A stretch of 64,000 bases of DNA, taken from the NCBI GenBank assembly GCA_963845755.1, contig CAWJTV010000041.1, positions 544,001-608,000 of the forward strand, in the 5' to 3' direction. A program made the position numbers and the translations under genes. The stretch's first letter is position 1; each line of letters opens with the position of its first letter. The notes under the pieces were generated by a model that was given only the letters and a program-made list of their open reading frames with translations, searched no databases and was not told the origin of the DNA. Origin of the DNA: an uncultured Planctomycetota bacterium (GTDB taxonomy: Bacteria > Planctomycetota > Planctomycetia > Isosphaerales > Isosphaeraceae). Shown in pieces: positions 57,105 through 64,000 of the stretch.

Positions 57105-57632
57105 ATGATGTGGAAGCTCGCATCGATCGCAATGGTCTTGGTGGGTACCAGCGCCTTCGTCGCGCCCTCGCCGGCGCAGCAACTGTTGCCCGATAACCCG
57201 ACCGTGTTCCCTGTGACAGCCCCTGCGCAGCCCATTCCACCGCCCCCGGCCCCGCCAATTCCGTTGACCTTCACGACCGTGAATTCGAACGGGTTTTTCC
57301 AGGTGGATCGTGACGGATCGACACCCTTCGTAGCGAGGTGGAACGCTGCGCCCGAGGAGGCCAGTCTCGCCCATGAAACCGACCGGTTGGCTCGACAACT
57401 CGTCGAGGCCAAGTCCGATACCGATCGGGACAAGCTCAAGACCAGGCTAGGCGAACTCCTCGAGAAGCAATTCGACCAGCGACAAAAGCGGCACGAGCGC
57501 GAGCTCGAGTCGCTCGAGACCCAGGTCAAGAAGCTCAGGGACCTGGTCGCAAAGCGGCAGGAGAATCGCCGTGAGATCATCGGCCGGCGACTCGAGCAGA
57601 TCCAACGCGAATCGCAGGGGCTGGGCTGGTAG
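57105..57632 (+). CDS. Secreted coiled-coil hypothetical protein
   Basis: Signal peptide, Pro-rich linker, helical C-terminus; AGGAG RBS. Confidence 0.75.
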   Translation: MMWKLASIAMVLVGTSAFVAPSPAQQLLPDNPTVFPVTAPAQPIPPPPAPPIPLTFTTVNSNGFFQVDRDGSTPFVARWNAAPEEASLAHETDRLARQLVEAKSDTDRDKLKTRLGELLEKQFDQRQKRHERELESLETQVKKLRDLVAKRQENRREIIGRRLEQIQRESQGLGW

Positions 57633-57923
57633 TCGAGCGGAGTACACATCACTTCCCCTGCCGCGATCCATGGGCAGCCGAAGCCCGAAGACGAATGCAA
57701 TCGCGATCCTCGACTCGCCCTCGCTCGGCCGTCCCTCGGTCCGGGCGAGGGCGACGAGTCGTTACTTGAAACTTGCGTCTGCCGATGCATTTCAACCTCT
57801 CGCCCCTCCCCACGCGATGATCCAGGCCTCCCGATCCCGAGCCCTCGGATTCGACCGAGCCACGAGCCCGAAATGGTCCCTCTCAATATTCTCCCACCTC
57901 CTGCGAATCATCTCTTGTGGTCT

Positions 57924-57960
57924 TCTACAGATTGTAGTAGAACCTACTACATCTTGTAGA
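57924..57960. promoter_or_regulatory. AT-rich inverted repeat containing an NrdR-box-like site
   Basis: tctacagattgtagtag-aac-ctactacatcttgtaga. Confidence 0.4.
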
Positions 57961-58279
57961 AATCCCTCCTTGACAGGCGTACGCGCCGAGCGGTGCCCGT
58001 GGTCGGATTCTGCGCTGCCCAATCGAACGACCCAGGGGTTTGACAAATGTCGTTTGAAGTCCTAAAATCTTAGTTGATCCCTGGAGCGGCTGTCCGTCGG
58101 TGACCTCAAGGGGTGAAGAGCTACATCACGAATCGATCGGCCCGAAGTCTCAAAGAGATAGGGGCCTCGCGTCACCGGCTCGTGTTGGGGCTCCGAGGGG
58201 ATCGGCTCCAGCTTGGCGGGTATGGGCGATATGAGTGACTCTCCTTGCAAAGCTCAGATCGGGGCTCCAAGAATCCAAT

Positions 58280-59552
58280 ATAATAAGGACTTGCATCAGG
58301 AATTCTTCGTTCCAGCCGCAACTGCGGCGTTTCATGGCGACGCTCGTGCGGTCGGGATGCTGCTTCAGGAGCGACAAGCGTGAAGCGATTGCAGCCAGGC
58401 GAAGTTCTCCCGCAGCGTCTTCTCCCGGATCCGCGACTCGTCCTCGCGATAGGTCAAATCGAGGACTCCAATGGCAGCTATTCTCGATACCCCAATGGCT
58501 GCGGACCGCCTGCGCAAAACGCTTCACGCCCATGCCCAAGCTGCTGATGTAATAGCGGACCTCGACGGTCTCTTTCCCGTCGCGGATGCACATCGAGGTC
58601 ACCACGCCGATCGTCTTCAGCCCCTTCCACAGCCCGAACCCCGGCAGGCCCTCGGGGGCCGGCATCTGGAGATACGTGCGCGTCTCCTCGCGGCCGTGCC
58701 CCTTCTCGGTCGTCACCCTGCTCACTGCGCCCCGGCAAAATCGTTCTCCCACTGTTCGCCGATGTAGTCGATGACCGCCTGATGCAGCGTCTCCTGATTG
58801 CCTTTCAGGGCCAGGACGTAGTCGGCCTTCGCCATCGATGATCTCCGCGGCAATCGCCTTCTGCGCCCCCATCGCGTCGATGGTGATGATCGCCCCCTTG
58901 ATGTCCACCAGCCGCAGGAGTTCGGGGATCGCCGTGATCTCGTTGGATTTCTCGGCGCAGGCCACCTGCCCCAGCGACAGCCCGAACTCGCTGGCCCAGA
59001 CGCTGACCGAATGCAAGGCGCCCAGGCCGTTCTTGCGGTCATGGCTCCGCCGCGCCGTCTTGCCGTCCACCGCGAGGACCGGCTGCTCCACGCCGGTCGC
59101 CGCGGCCGCCGTCGGCGCGCAACGACTCCAGCCAGCTCGGCGAAACAGGCTTGGAAGGCCGCCCGGCTGCAAGGCCATCAGGACGCGGCGAAAGACATCC
59201 TTGCCGCGGGACCCCATCGGGCAAGTCCAGCGCCTGCCACGAGGAACTCCTCCTTGAGGGCGGCCCATTTGGCGATCGCGGTGGGCCCGCCGGCACCGGC
59301 CAGGACCGCCATCAGGGCGATGACGACCACGCTGACCAGCGGATGCTTGCGATTGACCGTGGAGCGCGGGTCCTCCAACTCTTCGAAGTGCCGTGCGACC
59401 TCGTCCAGACCGATCCGCCGAACTTCCGCCATGCCCCATCCTCCGTGGGTAGTCGCAAAGGGATGCGCATGGAGAATGATAGACAAAGGATCACAAAAAG
59501 GAAACGTGGCCCAGTTTGCCCAGTCTAACCAGGGGTTACCGCGCTAGCCCTG
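58280..59552 (-). mobile_element. ISAs1-family element; transposase frameshifted, far end not evident
   Basis: HFEELEDPR, LAVDGKTARRS, EKSNEITAIPELL, ITIDAMG, YVLALKGNQ, VRSHWGIENSCHW; end CAGGGCTAGCGC (rc 59541-52). Confidence 0.88.
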
Positions 59553-59696
59553 AAGGGAATCCGCTCCAGTCGCAGCATCCTACGACTCCGGAGGAGTATG
59601 ATGTCCAGAGATTCCCACGGCGTGGGTGACTCAACGCGGCGTCGCGACGACCACCTAGCGGAGACCAAGGTCGGCAAGGCTGTCCCGTTTCGGCTT

Positions 59697-60672
59697 ATGA
59701 CCCGGACACATGCCGTCCTCCTTGCCTTGTTTCTGCTCGCCCCGTTGATTCCCATGGGCGGGTCAGGTCCAGACCCCACCTTGGAGCTCCACACGGGGCA
59801 CTCGGCCCTGGTTGAGGCGGTGGCGATTACAGAGACGGTGGGCAGATCGCGGCGGCGGCAGAGGATGGCGGCGTGTTCCTTTGGGAAGAAGGCCGAGGCG
59901 GCCAGACGGATCCCTTGGTATGGCCTTCTTGCAGGGTTCTAGCCTGGCCTTTTCAGGGGACGGTGCCATCCTCGCCGCTGGTTGTCGCAATGGCGAGGTC
60001 TGTGCTCTGGGATATCGTCGCGGAGCGGATGCGCGCGACGCTCCGCGATCATGCCGACACCATACGTCTCGCCTCGATTTCTCGCCCGATGGGTCACTCC
60101 TGGCCACCGGGGAGTGCGGACGCGAGCGTCCGACTCTGGAACGTCGCGACGGGAAAGGTAACCTCCGTCGTGCGCGGTCGACGGCCACCCGGTCTGTGAA
60201 GTCGGCTTCTCGCCCGCGGGCGCGTCCTCGCCACGGGGACTTCAGATGGTCAGATGAACGCTCTGGGATGTCGGGATCGGCGAACTCCGAGAACGACATC
60301 AAGTCCGGGCCCACCGCACGGCTGTACTCGCCATGGCGTTCTCACCTGATGGATCGACCCTTGCGTCCGGGGGTTACACGGACGGGGTGAAGCTCTGGGA
60401 CGTGGCGACCGGTCGTGAACGATCCACGCCGCTGGAGGCTGGCGGCTGCATCCGGGCAGTCGGATTCTCAGGCGACGGAGGGATGCTCTAACGTTCTGAA
60501 TGGGTCGGGGAGTCTGCAGCGGTGGGAGGTTGCCGCGGGACATGGGTGAGTCATGTTGCAGGACTCGGGCGGCGTCTGTTCCGCGGCGCTTTCCACCGAC
60601 GCGAGCCGTGTGGTTCTGGGAGGAGTCCACGCGGTTGCGAGGGTTTGGGACCTTGATTCTAAGGCCCCGTAA
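59697..60672 (+). CDS. WD40-repeat protein (many frameshifts)
   Basis: TGHSALVEAVA, LAFSGDGAILAAG, FSPDGSLLATG, SADASVRLWN across frames. Confidence 0.7.
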
Positions 60673-60778
60673 GGCACGACTTCGAAGAGTGCATGCGCAT
60701 TAGCGCAGAAGCCCTTCCAGGTCAAGACGCCAAGAACACGTGGGTCAAAGGGGAAGCCAAGTTCGGATCACGCGACAG

Positions 60779-62201
60779 TCAGGTCAGCAGCTCCGGTACG
60801 ATCTTGGCCTTGGTGACCTCGGCGTCGGTGAGGCTGTCGAGCCGTCCTTCGTGGGGGTAGGTGAGCTTGCGGTGATCGAGTCCCAGGGCGTGCAGCAGCG
60901 TAGCCTGGAGGTCGTAGACCGTGACGACCTTCTCGACAGACTTGTAGCCGAACTCGTCCGTCGCGCCGTGAGTATACCCAGGCTTGAACCCGCCGCCGGC
61001 CAGCCACAGCGAGAAGCCGTGGCGATTGTGGTCGCGGCCGTCAGTTCCTTGGGAGACTGGCAGTCGGCCGAATTCGCCCGTCCAGAGCACGATCGTCTCG
61101 TCCAGCAGGCCGCGCTGCTTGAGGTCGCGGACCAAGGCGGCGCTTGGTTGGTCCGTCTGCGCACAAAGAGATTCGAGCGTCTTGGCGTTATTGCTGTGCG
61201 TGTCCCATGGCTGGCCGCTGAGGAAAAGTTGAACGAACCGTACACCCCGCTCGACCAGGCGCCGGGCCATCAGGCAGCGGGTGCCGTACTCGCGCGTGGC
61301 CGGGCGGTCCAGCCCGTACATCCGCCGGGTGGCCTCGGTTTCTTGTGACAGGTCCAGAGCCTCGGGGACGGCGGTCTGCATCGCGGCGGCGACCTCGAAG
61401 TTGGCGATCCGCGCTTCCAGCTCGCCGTTGCCGGGGTGCCGCTTCAGGTGGATGCGGTTCAGTTCGTCGAGGAATTCCAGCCGCCCCGCGCGGGCCTCGG
61501 GCGTGACGCCCGGCGGCGTCTTCAGGTGGAGTACCGGCGCATCGCCCGATCGGAACGGTGTCCCCTGGTAAACCGCCGGCAGCCAGCCGCTCGACCAGTT
61601 CCGAATGCCGTCGACTGGCAGCCCGCCCGGGTCCGACAGCACGACGTAAGCCGGCAGATTGCGGTTCTCCGTCCCTAGGCCGTAGACAACCCATGAGCCC
61701 CAAACCGGCCGGCCCGCCGCGAACTTCCCGCTGTGGATCAACCGCAAGGCCGACTCGTGATCCACGGAATCGGTTGAACATCGAACGAATCATCGTCAGG
61801 TCGTCGACGATCCCTGAAAGATGCGGCATCAGATCGCTGAGCACCATGCCCGATCCGCCGTGCGGCCGGAACCGGAACGGCGAGGCCAGGAGCTTCCCCG
61901 CCTGCGTGTTGAAGTGGATCTCGAGCTGGCCGGGATACGGCTTGCCGTGATGCTTCGAGAGCATGGGCTTGGGGTCGAAGAGATCCATCTGGCTCGGTCC
62001 GCCGTGCTGGAACAGGCAGATGACCGAGCGGGCGCGAGCGCGCGGTTTCGCGATTGGCTCGCCGTCGGACGCACGCGATTCGCCCTCCAGCAGGCTCGCC
62101 AGGGCCAGCGTCCCGATCGCCCCGGCATAACGGGCCAGGAACGCCCGGCGCGGGATCGCGAACGGAGAGGTATCGTCGGGTCGGATCAGTTTTGTGCTCA
62201 T
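60779..62201 (-). CDS. DUF1501 domain protein (frameshift near 61775)
   Basis: RRAFL, SVICLFQHGGPSQMDLFDPKP, CLMARRLVERGVRFVQ, WDTH, GEFGRLP. Confidence 0.92.
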
Positions 62202-62207
62202 TATAAT

Positions 62208-64000
62208 TTACTCGACATACAAAAATGCGTCGCTGGCCAGCAGCATCTGGCAGAGGTCGGCCCAGGCGCGACGGCGGGCATCGAGGTCGGCCAGGCCGGG
62301 ATACCGGGCCGGCTGCGCCTGGAGGAACCGCCGACTGGCCTCGCGTTCGTCCCGGCTCGGTCCGCGGCCGGTGACGAGTTCGAACGCCCGCGTGATGCGG
62401 GCGTCGGTCTCGTCGGAGACGTGGCGGCCTGAACCGCAGTCTTGCTCCAGCCGCTCGGCGAGCTTCCGGGCGCGGGCCACGACGAACTCGGAGTTGAGCA
62501 GGCTGAGCGATTGTAGGGGGATGGTCGAGGGGAGCCGGCGGGTGCAGGTCGTGACGATGGAGGGCGCGTCGAAGACGTCGAGCATGCTGGCGATCTGGGT
62601 GCGCCGCTGCTGGAGATAGACCGAGCGCCGGGTCGCGCCGGGGGTCGACTCCGGCACGACGACCTCGCCGGAATGCGCCCGATCGGTCGGGACGTACGGA
62701 CCGCCGAGTCGGTCGTCCAGCTCGCCGGAGGCGGCGAGCATCGCGTCGCGGATGGCCTCGGCGTCGAGCCTCCTGAGGGGGTAATTCGCGAGCAGATGGT
62801 TGTCGGGATCGACACGCGAGGCTACGGGTTCCGGGCGCGGGCGCTCGACTGGCGATAGACTGTCGATGACACGATCAGGCGGTGCAGCGCCTTGGCGCTC
62901 CAGCCCGATCGCGCCAGCTCGTCGGCGAGGAAATCGAGTAATTCGGGGTGAGTCGGCGGCGAACCGGAGTAACCCAGGTTGTCGGATGTGGCGACCAGGC
63001 CGTCGCCAAAGTGATGCTGCCAGATCCGATTGACCAGCACCCGCGCGAGCAACGCCGATGGGCGGGACCCCGGCTTCGTCAGCCAGCGTGCAAAGGCCAG
63101 CCGCCGGCCGGTCGAGATCGAGCCCGTCGTGGGCGGCTTGGCGTAGTAGCGGTTGTCGGGATCGGTCAAGAAGGCTGGGACATCGGGGCCGACCTTGGGA
63201 CCGGGCGTGGCGGGGTTGCCCCGGATCAGGATCGGGGCGCCGTCGGGATTGCTCGACACATCGCCGACCCAGGCGATCCGGGCGGGATTCGGGCGCCGAC
63301 GGCCTTCCAGGGTCTCGATCAATGGCTTGAGCGCCTCCCTCTTTTTCTTCCGCGTCTCCTTCGTACCGTCGGCGAACGATCGCTTCAGTGAGGCGATCTC
63401 GGCGGAGATTCTCTTGTCGTCGACCTCCCAGCGCGACAGCTCCTCGCGCGGGCCGGCGATCGCCATGCGATCGTTCGGCTTGACCCAGTGCTCGATGTTG
63501 AGCGCCGGGTAGAGGATCGCCTGGAGCTGGTAGTACTCCTTCTGGGTGACCAGCTCGAACTTGTGATCGTGGCACTTGGTACACTGGAGTGTCAGTCCCA
63601 GCATCGACGAGCCGATGATCTGGACCGTGCCCTCGAGAACGGCGTACTTGTCGACGCGGACCTCGTCCGGGTTGCCGTCGCTCTCGCCGGTGCCGTCCTG
63701 GGAATTGCGCAAGAAGTGGGTGGCGACCAGTTGATCGACCACTTCGGGTGGAGTGCCCGGGCCACGACGATCTCCGGCCAGCTCATCTCCGGCCAGTTGC
63801 TCGCGGACGATCTGGTCGAGCGGTCGATCGGCGTGGAACGCGCGAATGATGTAATCGCGATAGCGGTAGGCGAGCGGCCGGTCGGAATCGGCGCTAAAGT
63901 ACCCGTTGGAATCGGCGTATCCCGAGGCATCCAGCCAGTGTTTGCCCCAGCGCTCGGCATATCGGGGCGATGCCAGCAGGCGATCGACTGATCGTTCATA
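62208..64000 (-). CDS. PSD1/PSCyt2 (DUF1553/DUF1549) protein, partial, frameshifted
   Basis: YAERWGKHWLDASGYADS, GLTLQCTKCHDHKF, ARVLVNRIWQHHFG, PTHPELLDFLA, RRLDAEAIRDAML. Confidence 0.92.

Noticed and set aside
1..64000. Widespread frameshifts read as mass pseudogenisation or programmed frameshifting
   Set aside because: They hit many unrelated genes, often as compensating single-base indels with otherwise intact motifs. This fits uncorrected long-read or assembly errors better.

Overview
High-GC planctomycete-type chromosome segment, probably Isosphaeraceae (inferred from DUF1501/DUF1553/DUF1549/DUF1559/DUF1800 genes, C-terminally extended ECF sigma factors and an ECF/Ser-Thr kinase pair). 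It holds a MoxR-DUF58-BatA operon, four ECF sigma genes, two type II toxin-antitoxin pairs, an IS5 and an ISAs1 element, many MITE/REP-like palindromes and the housekeeping block purA-uppS-cdsA-phoH-HD-ybeY-corC. Many genes carry single-base frameshifts, most likely assembly indels. The standout is a minus-strand array of 38 CCA-less tRNA genes (46257-49662, 37 distinct anticodons), several of them structurally aberrant: a D-armless Tyr, short-variable-arm Leu, and Arg-GCG. Directly upstream lie an intrinsic terminator, competing antiterminator segments and an unannotated 33-aa leader ORF that uses 28 different codons and whose stop codon sits in the antiterminator. I infer a codon-sampling translational attenuator that switches on a backup tRNA set when translation stalls. 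All calls were made by eye, without database searches.
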